This document shows positions 1 through 9,191 of a stretch of DNA of 64,000 nt, piece after piece (the first letter of the stretch is position 1; every line of letters starts with the position of its first letter). Position numbers and translations under genes: made by a program. This stretch comes from an uncultured bacterium. Its GTDB lineage: Bacteria; Bdellovibrionota_B; Oligoflexia; CAYFLR01. The stretch lies in contig CAYFLR010000002.1 of NCBI GenBank assembly GCA_964343805.1, positions 48,175-112,174 on the forward strand, given 5' to 3'. Under the pieces are notes generated by a model, which did no database searches, had not been told where the DNA came from, and saw nothing but the letters and a program-made list of their open reading frames with translations.

Positions 1-1228
1 AGGAACTGGGTTGGATTCAGCTGAAGTGGATGGCGAGGATGTGGGATTTCAAATTAGCCAGATGAAAGGAATTGATGCCATTATTTTAGGTCATACTCAT
101 GGACAGTTTCCCAATGATAAGGATATAGCCAAATATAAATCTGTGGGGGAGGATGGGACTATAAATGGAGTCCCTGTAGTGATGCCTGGATCTTGGGGGA
201 GCCACTTGGGAGTTATTGATTTGGAACTACAGCGCAAATTGGGGCACTGGAAAGTCATTTCTAAAAAGGCCAGTTTAAGGGCGGCTGCTAATTCACCTGT
301 GAAGAAGAGTCAAACCGATCAGATCGCTATTCAAACTCTAATCAAAGAAGAGCATAAAGGAGCTATTAAGTATTTAGATACCATTATTGGGCAGGCCCGA
401 GGGGACATAAATAGCTTTATATCTATGATTGTGGATCGAGAGGATACAGAATTAATTGCCGCTGCCCAAAGTTGGGAAGCAAAGCGCATGTTAAAAAATG
501 GACCCTATCAAAAACTTCCCCTACTTTCCGCGGCCGCTCCTTTTAAAATGGGAGGTCGTGGAGGTTCTTCTTATTTTGTCTCCCTAAAAAAAGGACCCAT
601 TACTTTGCGTAATGTGGCGGATCTTTACCTTTATCCCAACACTTTGCAACTGCTTAAGATAAATGGATCACAGGTCAAAGAGTGGCTGGAAATGTCGGCG
701 ATTCAATTTAATCAAATTGACCCTCAAAACGCGGGAGAACAGCAATTACTAATTAATGATTTTCGTTCCTATAACTTTGATATTCTAGAGGGAGTGAGTT
801 ATCAGATCGATTTAACCAAGCCTCCCAGATATGATCAAAAAGGAAATTTAATTAACCCTGAAGTTCATCGTATCACTGGTCTTCAATATAGTGGCCTGCC
901 CATAGATCTAAAGCAAGAATTTGTGGTGGCGGCAAATAATTATCGGGCCAACGGGGGAGGCAGTTTTCCTGCTATAAACAGTGATAAAATAATCTTGCGG
1001 TCCCCTGATACGAATCGACAGGTGTTGACTAAATATATTCGGCACTTGGGAATTGTTAATCCTGTGCCAGATCGCAATTGGAAATTTAAAACTTTTGAGA
1101 CTAAAGGAAAAGTGGTTTTTGCCACTTCTCCCAAGGCTTTGAAAGCCTTACAAAAGGATGCTCGCTTTTCTTTTTTGAGAATAGATGAAAAGGGTTTTGC
1201 CATTTTTGCTCTGAACTTGGAGAAATAA
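1..1228 (+). CDS. Metallophosphatase / 5'-nucleotidase family protein (CpdB/UshA-like), 5'-truncated by window edge
   Basis: The frame is open to the window start. It has the metallophosphatase motif GHTHGQFP, then a 5'-nucleotidase C-terminal-type region (ADLYLYPNTL, NNYRANGGG). Stop codon at 1226-1228. Confidence 0.75.
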   Translation, partial: GTGLDSAEVDGEDVGFQISQMKGIDAIILGHTHGQFPNDKDIAKYKSVGEDGTINGVPVVMPGSWGSHLGVIDLELQRKLGHWKVISKKASLRAAANSPVKKSQTDQIAIQTLIKEEHKGAIKYLDTIIGQARGDINSFISMIVDREDTELIAAAQSWEAKRMLKNGPYQKLPLLSAAAPFKMGGRGGSSYFVSLKKGPITLRNVADLYLYPNTLQLLKINGSQVKEWLEMSAIQFNQIDPQNAGEQQLLINDFRSYNFDILEGVSYQIDLTKPPRYDQKGNLINPEVHRITGLQYSGLPIDLKQEFVVAANNYRANGGGSFPAINSDKIILRSPDTNRQVLTKYIRHLGIVNPVPDRNWKFKTFETKGKVVFATSPKALKALQKDARFSFLRIDEKGFAIFALNLEK

Positions 1229-1229
1229 A

Positions 1230-2165
1230 TTGTCCTCATTAGAAAAAAAACACCTATTAGAAGGTCTGACTTTATTAGATTTATCCTATCGCCTGCCAGG
1301 GCCTCTCGCCGGATCTCTCCTGGCAAGGCTTGGGGCGCGGGTGATTAAAATAGAAAATAAGAAAGCCCCTGATCCTTTTACTTACCCATTGCCTGGTACA
1401 AATGACAGTACTTTCGGTGAGTGGTATAAAGAGATGAGTAGAGAGAAAGAGCTGGTTCAACTGGATTTTGAATCAGAAGCGGATCTGTCCACTTTACATG
1501 AATACGTTAATAAGGTCGATGGAGTCTTAATGGGGTGGCCTTCCTCATTACAAAAAGAACTCTCTTTGAGTCAGGCTAATTTAATTCAGCTTAATTCTCC
1601 CATAGCTGTTTTGGAAATAAAAGCTTCCAAAAATGGACCTTCTCATCTTCATGATTTGAATGTTTGGGCTCAGACTCAGCTTTTATCTCTTCATTTAAGA
1701 GGACGTGAGGATGACATTGTGGCTCCACCCTTTTTACCCTTTGCGGGAGTCGCCTATGGTCAACAGCTGGCCCTGCAATTATTGGCTTTAATTAATCGAT
1801 CTCAAAAACTTGCCCGTCCCCAGTGGATGCCCTGTTATTTTCTAGAGAGTATAAGTGAAATCTTTAATCCTCTCTGGCCAACTTCCCATAGACAAAGTGG
1901 AGAAAATAGCTTTTTGCATAATGGGGCTTATCCTTGCTATACTATTTATCGAACCAAAGATGGAAAGTATATTGCTTTTGCAGCGATTGAAGAGAAGTTT
2001 TGGAATCGGGTAATGAAACTTTTTGATCTTCCTTTAAGACCGGAAGATCGGTTTAGCAGAGATGCTGCCACTTTTGAAATTTTAGCTAAGAAATTTACTT
2101 CTCTTACAGCTGCTGAAATTGAGCATGTACTGGCAAACGAAAGTTTTTGCCTCAGCATTTTATAG
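1230..2165 (+). CDS. CoA-transferase family III (CaiB/BaiF-like) protein
   Basis: The N-terminal LLDLSYRLPGPLAGSLLARLGARVIKIE matches the family III CoA-transferase signature. TTG start lies 1 nt after the upstream stop. At 311 aa it is shorter than typical members. Confidence 0.6.
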   Translation: MSSLEKKHLLEGLTLLDLSYRLPGPLAGSLLARLGARVIKIENKKAPDPFTYPLPGTNDSTFGEWYKEMSREKELVQLDFESEADLSTLHEYVNKVDGVLMGWPSSLQKELSLSQANLIQLNSPIAVLEIKASKNGPSHLHDLNVWAQTQLLSLHLRGREDDIVAPPFLPFAGVAYGQQLALQLLALINRSQKLARPQWMPCYFLESISEIFNPLWPTSHRQSGENSFLHNGAYPCYTIYRTKDGKYIAFAAIEEKFWNRVMKLFDLPLRPEDRFSRDAATFEILAKKFTSLTAAEIEHVLANESFCLSIL

Positions 2166-2186
2166 AATTTTTTTAGGGGGAATGAA

Positions 2187-2987
2187 ATGAGATTTAAATT
2201 TTATGCACTGCTACTTTCTCTCTGTTTAATGGGCTGTGAAGCGGAATCCCCCAGCGGCGATAAACCAAAAGCCAATGGAAATAGCAACCCTGATAAAGTT
2301 ACCCCCAGTACTGAAAATAAAAATACCAATTCCACCGAAGGAGATTCTTCTGAAGAAGTGGTGGGGGAAATTGAAAAGGGTGCTGACCTTAGCAATGATG
2401 ATGTTACTTCTCTCGCTGATGAATTAATTTCTGCGGGAACTTTAAATATCGAAAATGAATTAGCCGATGCTTTTCCCACTGAATTTGCTATAAGCTCTCC
2501 TACTGTGATTGATGCAGAAGAAGTAGAGGTGAGTGGAGCCGGAACTCTCGATATTCCCTTCTCTCTTATAAAAGGGGCAGATGGGGGAAAACTAAAAGAG
2601 ATTGAATACTCCCTAAGGCAGAAGATTATCAGTAATGCCGTTAAATTATCTGGAAAAAATGCTGAGTCCTGTAAACCCCTTCTTCATTTTAAGAAACTGC
2701 CTGATCCCACATGTTATGGTCAAGAGGTGACTAGCGATCCGAGTGAGATCACTTCTTCCTCCGATTTAATTACTTTTCCGATGGGGATCGATCCTATTAA
2801 TATTGAAGAGGATTCGGATGAAAATCTCCAGCGCATTTTAAAAGGGGATGCGGGCATTATAGCTGAAAAAGAAGGGGAAAATGCTTGCTTGGCGGCAGCT
2901 GTTGATAACTATGTAGGTCAAACTACCGAAAAACGGTTAAGGAAGTATGGGATAATAAAGATATGCAAGTCAAACAGGCTCGTATAG
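2187..2987 (+). CDS. Lipoprotein, N-terminal part of a frameshifted gene
   Basis: RBS AGGGGGA precedes ATG 2187. The signal peptide carries lipobox LMGC, followed by an acidic/Ser-rich low-complexity region. The tail after ~2933 looks out of frame. Confidence 0.5.
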   Translation: MRFKFYALLLSLCLMGCEAESPSGDKPKANGNSNPDKVTPSTENKNTNSTEGDSSEEVVGEIEKGADLSNDDVTSLADELISAGTLNIENELADAFPTEFAISSPTVIDAEEVEVSGAGTLDIPFSLIKGADGGKLKEIEYSLRQKIISNAVKLSGKNAESCKPLLHFKKLPDPTCYGQEVTSDPSEITSSSDLITFPMGIDPINIEEDSDENLQRILKGDAGIIAEKEGENACLAAAVDNYVGQTTEKRLRKYGIIKICKSNRLV

Positions 2988-3148
2988 AGCACATTGATCA
3001 CGAGGGAGAAGAGACTATTTATCGTACCCTCCTAAATCTTAATTATCAAGATATGTCAGATAAACAACAGAATATCCATATTGATCTGGTGAATAAAAAG
3101 GTTAAGGGAGCGAAAGATTTTAGTGGACGAATCTTGATGGTGGAATAA
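2963..3148 (+). CDS. Probable continuation of the 2187 lipoprotein ORF (-1 frame)
   Basis: This frame is open from 2909. It joins the upstream ORF if the A run at 2929-2933 is read as A6. It ends at TAA 3146-3148. Confidence 0.35.
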   Translation: MQVKQARIEHIDHEGEETIYRTLLNLNYQDMSDKQQNIHIDLVNKKVKGAKDFSGRILMVE

Positions 3149-3154
3149 AAGCAA

Positions 3155-3841
3155 ATGCCGAAATCAGAAAAAAAACTGCGAGTGGGAATGACGGTAAATT
3201 ATAAAAAAGAGGGGAAAACTCTCAGTATCTCTATACAAAAAGCAGAACTGGCAGCGGGGATTGCTATTAAAGGCTTTTTTACCCCCAAAGGAGCCATTGC
3301 TTTTGAAAAATTAAGCAAAGAGTATAAAGATAATAAGACTGTAACCCAAATAGTTTCAGCCAAATTTGATTTAAATACGGCAAATGGAACTGGAAATTTT
3401 GAGTACGGCTGGGCTCCTTTTCTCAGTGCTCTGGGAACACGAGTGTTTGTAGTCAATGTGTCTCAAAATGAAGAAGGATCCTTAGAAGGTTGTGGAATAG
3501 CCGGATATGCCGGACCTATAGCCCAGAAGCAAGGCTATGGTAAGGTCCAGGGATTTAGCTGTGCGTTCGGACAAAAGTATCAATCCAGTCCCTCCACCAA
3601 TGCTCCTGCTCCCTATGCACAAAAACAGTGCTTTACTCGCAGTAAAGATCAAAAGTTTTGGCAGTTAACTGAATCCAAAGTGAAATATGTGGTGAAGGCT
3701 GATTGTGGAAAAGAGGGTTTTCCTAATAAGTTCGATCTTGAACCGGTGGAAGAAGGTACTGGTGTCCCAAAAGGTATTAAATTGCCCACCGCTAAAACTG
3801 AAGAGTTAGATGTGGAAGTGGATGATAGTTATTCAAACTAG
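3155..3841 (+). CDS. Hypothetical protein (no family recognised)
   Basis: A 228-aa ORF in the same frame as the 2963 ORF, starting 6 nt after its TAA. Composition looks coding and the RBS is weak. Confidence 0.5.
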   Translation: MPKSEKKLRVGMTVNYKKEGKTLSISIQKAELAAGIAIKGFFTPKGAIAFEKLSKEYKDNKTVTQIVSAKFDLNTANGTGNFEYGWAPFLSALGTRVFVVNVSQNEEGSLEGCGIAGYAGPIAQKQGYGKVQGFSCAFGQKYQSSPSTNAPAPYAQKQCFTRSKDQKFWQLTESKVKYVVKADCGKEGFPNKFDLEPVEEGTGVPKGIKLPTAKTEELDVEVDDSYSN

Positions 3842-3843
3842 TA

Positions 3844-5331
3844 TTACCTTAAATCTTTTTTTAGAATTTTCCCGCTATGACCTTTGGGAAGCTCATCCAG
3901 GAATTCAAAGTATTTTGGAATTTTGAATTTGGCTAAATTCTTGAGGCAGTGCTCTTTGATTTGGTCGATTTTAATTTCTTGCTGACCTGCAGTAATAAAG
4001 GCTTTTCCCACTTCACCCCAGCGGTCGTCTTTCACTCCAATAACAGCAACCTCTTGAATCCCTGGTATTTGGTGGATAACCGCTTCCACTTCACTTGGGT
4101 AAACATTCTCTCCACCACTGATATACATATCTTTTTGCCGGCCCACTACATAGTAGTAGCCTTCTTCATCTTGTTTAACTAAATCACCGGTATGGAGCCA
4201 ACCTTCCCGGATGGTTTCTGAAGTAGCTTTGGGGTTGTTCCAATACTCTTTCATGCACATAGGACCTTTTAAGGTGAGTTCCCCAATTTCTCCGGGAGCG
4301 ACCTCTTTCCCATAGGTATCCACAATCCTGGCTTGATTGTAGAAGTAGGGAAAGCCAATGGATCCTATTTTTCTCTCAGCATCTTCTTCGTTAAGTGAGA
4401 AACAGTTGGGGCCAAATTCAGTTAAGCCAAAACCTTGTCTGATTTTGATTCCTTTCTGGTGCCACTTTTTTATAAGAGAGATGGGCATCGCTTCTCCACC
4501 CACAATGGCATAACGTACACTATCTAACTCAAGTTCATGGAACAGTTTTGAGTCAGACATCATCTGCAAAGTGGTAGGAACTCCAAAAATGATAGTACAA
4601 CTCTCCCGATTACTTAAGGAGAGAATTTGATCGCCATCAAACTTTTTAGTAAGAATAGTGGTGGCCCCTTGATGAAAGAAAGGGGTGGTGAGAACGTTCC
4701 ATCCTCCCGTATGATAGAGGGGTAGGAAAATCACCGCTTTATCTTCCGGGGTAATATTTAGCCGCATCGAGGTATTTATGGCATTCCAAGTGATGCTTTC
4801 GTGGGTGAGCACCGCACCTTTTGGGAATCCGGTGGTTCCCGAAGTGTAGAGGATCATAGCTGGATCTTCAAAGTTTCCCATCATGGGAATATCTGGGATA
4901 ACCTTTGAACTTTCATGAAAGGTTTGATTAAAACCATCAGCTCCATCTAAAGAAATAGACTTGGGTCTACTTACGGCGGGGATTTCTTCAATAACTTCTC
5001 TAAAGGCATATTCAAAGAACAGCAAACTAGGCTTGGAGTCTTGAATTATATAATCAATTTCTCTGGCTGTGAGTCGGTTATTGATAGGTACTAAAATAGC
5101 TCCACATCTTTGCACGGCAAAAAAGAGAAGTACATATTCAATATGGTTCTCAGCCAGAACTGCAATGCGTTCTCCAGCTTTTATGTGATACTCACTTTGC
5201 AACTTCTGGGCTGCTTTTTGAGAGGCGTGATAGCAGTCATGATAGGAATATTTTTGTCCGCTATCTCCATCCATTAAGGCGGTTATTTGGGGGCTGAAAA
5301 GACTCCATTTTTTTAGCCAATCTTTTTCCAT
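3844..5331 (-). CDS. Acyl-CoA synthetase / AMP-dependent ligase
   Basis: AMP-binding motif YTSGTTGFPKGA, plus GEIGELTLKGP and a C-terminal SGKILKKDLR. RBS AAGGAG lies 8 nt before ATG 5331. Confidence 0.85.
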   Translation of the reverse strand: MEKDWLKKWSLFSPQITALMDGDSGQKYSYHDCYHASQKAAQKLQSEYHIKAGERIAVLAENHIEYVLLFFAVQRCGAILVPINNRLTAREIDYIIQDSKPSLLFFEYAFREVIEEIPAVSRPKSISLDGADGFNQTFHESSKVIPDIPMMGNFEDPAMILYTSGTTGFPKGAVLTHESITWNAINTSMRLNITPEDKAVIFLPLYHTGGWNVLTTPFFHQGATTILTKKFDGDQILSLSNRESCTIIFGVPTTLQMMSDSKLFHELELDSVRYAIVGGEAMPISLIKKWHQKGIKIRQGFGLTEFGPNCFSLNEEDAERKIGSIGFPYFYNQARIVDTYGKEVAPGEIGELTLKGPMCMKEYWNNPKATSETIREGWLHTGDLVKQDEEGYYYVVGRQKDMYISGGENVYPSEVEAVIHQIPGIQEVAVIGVKDDRWGEVGKAFITAGQQEIKIDQIKEHCLKNLAKFKIPKYFEFLDELPKGHSGKILKKDLR

Positions 5332-5343
5332 TTTTCAAACTCC

Positions 5344-7011
5344 TTATCTACAGAATGAACTCATATCTACCCCATTTACTTTGGCAATTAAAACGGAATC
5401 GAACTTCTTTAAGAAAAATTTATAACTCATCAGGTAATACCCTTCTACACCTCTGTCCTCTCCCCAACTATTTCTCACAATAAAAAATCCATCCTCTTCA
5501 TTGATAATCCGGCCTAATAATAACCTGCTTCGCCTCCCTATTTTTTGTTCCAAAGTCTCTGTTTGCGGAAGAGGAAGGGTGTTTAAAATCCAAGTGGGGT
5601 AATTAACCAGAGTGACTTCTAATCTTTGCTCATTAGGGTTATATCTGACATTAAAAGGATAGATGCTGTGCTTATTGGCATTTTTCTGAGCGAGATTGAA
5701 AGCATCCACTCTGGCATTATATTCAGATAATTTATCTTTGGGGTAGCCCTGTTTGATGACCCTATTAAAATGTCTCACCGCTTGGTTATATTCTTCAACG
5801 CTTTGATTGAAAGCTGTAATACTTTCTTTGTAACGCTGGTAATTGGCGGGAGTACGGTTGGCGTTGTATCTATTTTTCATTTCCTGATAATGAGATTTTT
5901 TTAATTTCATCATCTCCTTTTTCTCATCTAATTGAGTGCGAGCTGCTTTTACATCTTTCTCATTTTGAGCTTTGGTGGCCCGAATGATTTTGAGCTCCTC
6001 ATTGAGAATATTGAGAACTTTTTTTAAAGGATAGTCGGCAAGGAGTGAGTACTTTTCAAAAAGCCACCCTTTTAGAAAACCTTCTTCATGCGAGCTAGTG
6101 TTTAGAAATTCCTCGCGGTTTAAATACCCCACTCCTACCAGGGCATGGTGGTAGGATTCTCTATCGGGATTTTCCAGATCTGAGGCCAATTGAAATTCGG
6201 TAAAAAGCGCGTGTCTTCGGTTGGTTATTTTAAAACCTCCCACAAAGGGGCGCTTATTATCCAAGATTCCTTCTAAGGATTTGAGCAGGAATTTTTTATT
6301 ACCTGAGTTGAGATTTGGGCTCAAACATCTATTGTAGTTATTCTTTTGGGCCTCCAGGCAGACCTTGGCAAAATCACGAGCCGAAATGGGAGTGCTGCGA
6401 TCACTCATCTGGTTTTCTGGGATAAAGCAGGGGACTCCCGCAAAGTGAGGTATTTGGTTGCCATTATGAAAGGGAACTCGCAGCGGAATGGTAAAGGAAG
6501 GTACGCTGGCTGCCTTTATTGGACCTAAAAATTCAGGCTGGTTTAGGAACTCTACTCGATCCAGCGGGGTCATAGGACTGAGTTGTGATTGAGTTAATTC
6601 CCATGATTTAGTAATGGGATCCCCCTCATTGAGGAATCCTTGTTTTACGAGATCTGTGGCGTCGATAAAGTGAGGGTTATTAATTAGTTTAGAGTAGGGA
6701 AGCTCCGACTCAGGTAAAACCCCAATTCTTGACATAATATTGACCAGGTGAGTAGTTGGCCCTGTAATTCTTGCATTTTTCAGCAGGTTATACCGAACAA
6801 TGTAGGCTTCAGAAAGGTCGAGCGTCACTCCCCACTTTTGAAAAGCCTCTAATTCATAGAAGCTCATGGCACCGAAACTGGCGCAGGAGCCGATGGTTCC
6901 TTGGCTTTTCGGAGGATTGACCGGATCAGTGGTTATTATATTCTGCAGTTCGCTGGTTCGTGTACGGCAACTAGTCACCAATATGAATAATAGTATGAAG
7001 ATAATTTTCAT
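5344..7011 (-). CDS. Papain-family (C1) cysteine peptidase lipoprotein with large internal insertion
   Basis: Lipobox LVTSC. The Gln/Cys motif SQGTIGSCASF has Gln 6 residues before Cys, as in papain. His motif YHHALVGVGY and Asn-Ser-Trp motif FIVRNSWGEDRGVEGYY are present. Confidence 0.75.
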   Translation of the reverse strand: MKIIFILLFILVTSCRTRTSELQNIITTDPVNPPKSQGTIGSCASFGAMSFYELEAFQKWGVTLDLSEAYIVRYNLLKNARITGPTTHLVNIMSRIGVLPESELPYSKLINNPHFIDATDLVKQGFLNEGDPITKSWELTQSQLSPMTPLDRVEFLNQPEFLGPIKAASVPSFTIPLRVPFHNGNQIPHFAGVPCFIPENQMSDRSTPISARDFAKVCLEAQKNNYNRCLSPNLNSGNKKFLLKSLEGILDNKRPFVGGFKITNRRHALFTEFQLASDLENPDRESYHHALVGVGYLNREEFLNTSSHEEGFLKGWLFEKYSLLADYPLKKVLNILNEELKIIRATKAQNEKDVKAARTQLDEKKEMMKLKKSHYQEMKNRYNANRTPANYQRYKESITAFNQSVEEYNQAVRHFNRVIKQGYPKDKLSEYNARVDAFNLAQKNANKHSIYPFNVRYNPNEQRLEVTLVNYPTWILNTLPLPQTETLEQKIGRRSRLLLGRIINEEDGFFIVRNSWGEDRGVEGYYLMSYKFFLKKFDSVLIAKVNGVDMSSFCR

Positions 7012-7355
7012 CGAACTTGTTCCTTATATGAGATTTGAAGCTAGTATCTCTTATTGAGAGGGTCTCGTCAACTGCCCTTGATATCCTAGAAAAGCTAGAG
7101 CAGTTAAAAAAGGTTACTGGCCAAGAGTCCAGTGTCTTAATGATACTTTTCTATAATGTCTTTAGATCTAGTAAGTTATAAGATTGGCTCCCTGGCCGGT
7201 CACATTACAATACTTTCGTTTATTTCTTGAAGATTACTTATCTCTTGCTGTTAAGTTTAAGTTATTGAAATTACATCATTTATTTAATGGCATAAAAGAT
7301 GCAAATGTTAGGAATCTGAATTTGAGTATCATTCATCGAGAAAGAGGCCAACACT

Positions 7356-7739
7356 ATGAAACAACCAATATTATTAATTCTATTTACCTATTTGGTATTA
7401 GGTACCTCCAACCTATTTGCCCACAATCCATTTCATTCAAGTTCCAATTCCTTAACTCAAATAACAAATAGTACTAGACACTATGACCCTGTCAAAGAGT
7501 GCCGTCGTGTTTGGGATGATATCTTAAGAACCTGGCATGAATTTTGTGACAGTGATTACACCGAACCTTCCTGTCCACCCCAATGTGAAACTTATTATAC
7601 CCAACCCTATGACCCAGAAAATCCTAGTAATAGCGGGAACTATACCAAGCATGTGCAATGTGATTATTTTAGATGGTCTCCATCCCTCAAAAGGTGTGAA
7701 TACAGCCACTCATCAAAAGAGCAATTTGTCCACGGGTAG
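7356..7739 (+). CDS. Small secreted Cys-rich protein
   Basis: RBS AAGAGG and a signal peptide MKQPILLILFTYLVLGTSNLFA. The mature part has 6 Cys. No family recognised. Confidence 0.55.
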   Translation: MKQPILLILFTYLVLGTSNLFAHNPFHSSSNSLTQITNSTRHYDPVKECRRVWDDILRTWHEFCDSDYTEPSCPPQCETYYTQPYDPENPSNSGNYTKHVQCDYFRWSPSLKRCEYSHSSKEQFVHG

Positions 7740-7759
7740 ATGAAAACCTTGGTATTTTT

Positions 7760-8341
7760 TTATTCAGTCACCTGGAACTCTGAGCGAAGATGCTTCACTT
7801 GAGAATCAAATTCCAATTCAGTGGGATATTCTTCAAATACGATTTTTACATCTTCAATTTTCTTTAGAACTGACATAACTACTTTGTTATAGCGGGTGGT
7901 GTACACCTTCTCCAATCGAGGGAGGGTCCATAAAATACGTAGATCATAATGCTTGCCATTGCTATTATCGAAGTCACACTTGTGAACATCCTCATCAATA
8001 TCTTCGTCTGCTGGATCATAAGCCTCTTCAAAGGTAAAGTCACAGAGGGGTGACATTTGTGGTCTTTCTCCTGCTGGGTAACGCTGATAAAAGTTATCTC
8101 TGAGTGAAAAAGTGGTGAGTCTTTCTACTTTTCTGATGGCTTCACTGGTGCAGGATTCTTCCTCTACTTTTATAAGTAATAAGTTGACCGCCATTTTGGA
8201 TTTCTCGGGCAATTGATAGTAGTTACTGCACCAGTCTTTAAAGGTTAAATTATCAAAAGTCTTGAAGCATTTATCTCCATAGGACATTCCTGGATTTGAA
8301 AAAAATAAGCCACTTAAAAATAAAAATATAAATAGTCTCAT
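7760..8341 (-). CDS. Secreted hypothetical protein
   Basis: RBS AAGGAG lies 6 nt before the ATG at 8341 (MRLFIFLFLSGLFF signal peptide). The ORF track starts at 8368. It is acidic and contains several Cys. Confidence 0.55.
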   Translation of the reverse strand: MRLFIFLFLSGLFFSNPGMSYGDKCFKTFDNLTFKDWCSNYYQLPEKSKMAVNLLLIKVEEESCTSEAIRKVERLTTFSLRDNFYQRYPAGERPQMSPLCDFTFEEAYDPADEDIDEDVHKCDFDNSNGKHYDLRILWTLPRLEKVYTTRYNKVVMSVLKKIEDVKIVFEEYPTELEFDSQVKHLRSEFQVTE

Positions 8342-8602
8342 AACCATCTCCTTGGGTAATTTATACAAATATAGAGGTTCACTCGAATGAATTCGAGGAT
8401 TTATATTGTATATAATAATTAGTGTTATATTGTCAATAATATTTATAAAAATATATAATAAATAATAAAACTATATGTAATATTGTACATATATCGCGTG
8501 GGGTAAGCGAGGTTTCCATTTTTTCTCTTCCTTGAGCTATTGTTAAACTCATCTCCATTGATATAATGAATACAATATGCAAATTCGGAGTTCTGTTAGT
8601 CA

Positions 8603-8976
8603 TGTTGAAGAAAATTGCTGGTTTAATTCTGGGAGTCATCATTTTAAAGTGCGCCAGTGAAGAATTGGCTCCTTTAGAACCTGCATTGGAAGAGATAGAA
8701 AAGTGTTATCTTAAAGCCGTACTATTGGATACTGTTCACTCAAGTAATAACAGTAACAACTCTCCTGCTAAAATGAAAAAATACAAAGAGGACCTTAAAG
8801 CAGAGTTACAAGACCTGTATGATAAACAGGTCAAAAAGGAAGAAGAGTATTTTGAATTTGCAGATATAGAGACCTACAATCGAGTGATTGAGTGCTACGA
8901 AGATTTAGATGGTTGTACCATGTCTACTTACATTGCTCGTCTGGCCAGATGTAAAAAGAAGCTCTATGAGGATTGA
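8603..8976 (+). CDS. Small exported hypothetical protein
   Basis: The ORF is open from 8566, but a TATAAT-like box overlaps that ATG. The ATG at 8603 gives the signal-like MLKKIAGLILGVIILKC. Contains 6 Cys. Start choice is uncertain. Confidence 0.45.
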
Positions 8977-9191
8977 ATGATTCGTTCAATTCTATGATTC
9001 CTTGTTGCCTATTGATTTTAAAGTCTACTCTAGAATTATTTGGAAACAGTATCACCTCTCTATTAACTAATCGTATACTTTTTACCCACTTTCAAAAGTA
9101 AAAGTTTTGTAATACCTGGGAATAAGGTTTTACAGAGGGAATTATCAAGCTAAACTTATCCTCAAGTTTAATATAAAGCTGGAGGAATCTT

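Noticed and set aside
7184-7471. 95-aa plus-strand ORF in the 7012-7355 intergenic region
   Set aside because: It overlaps the better-supported 7356 gene, which has an RBS and a signal peptide, out of frame. It starts at a non-ATG codon without an RBS, and its translation looks non-coding.
7533-7547. TGGCAT-N5-TTGT sigma-54-like string
   Set aside because: It lies inside the 7356-7739 coding sequence, the -12 element is GT rather than GC, and no downstream gene is positioned to use it.
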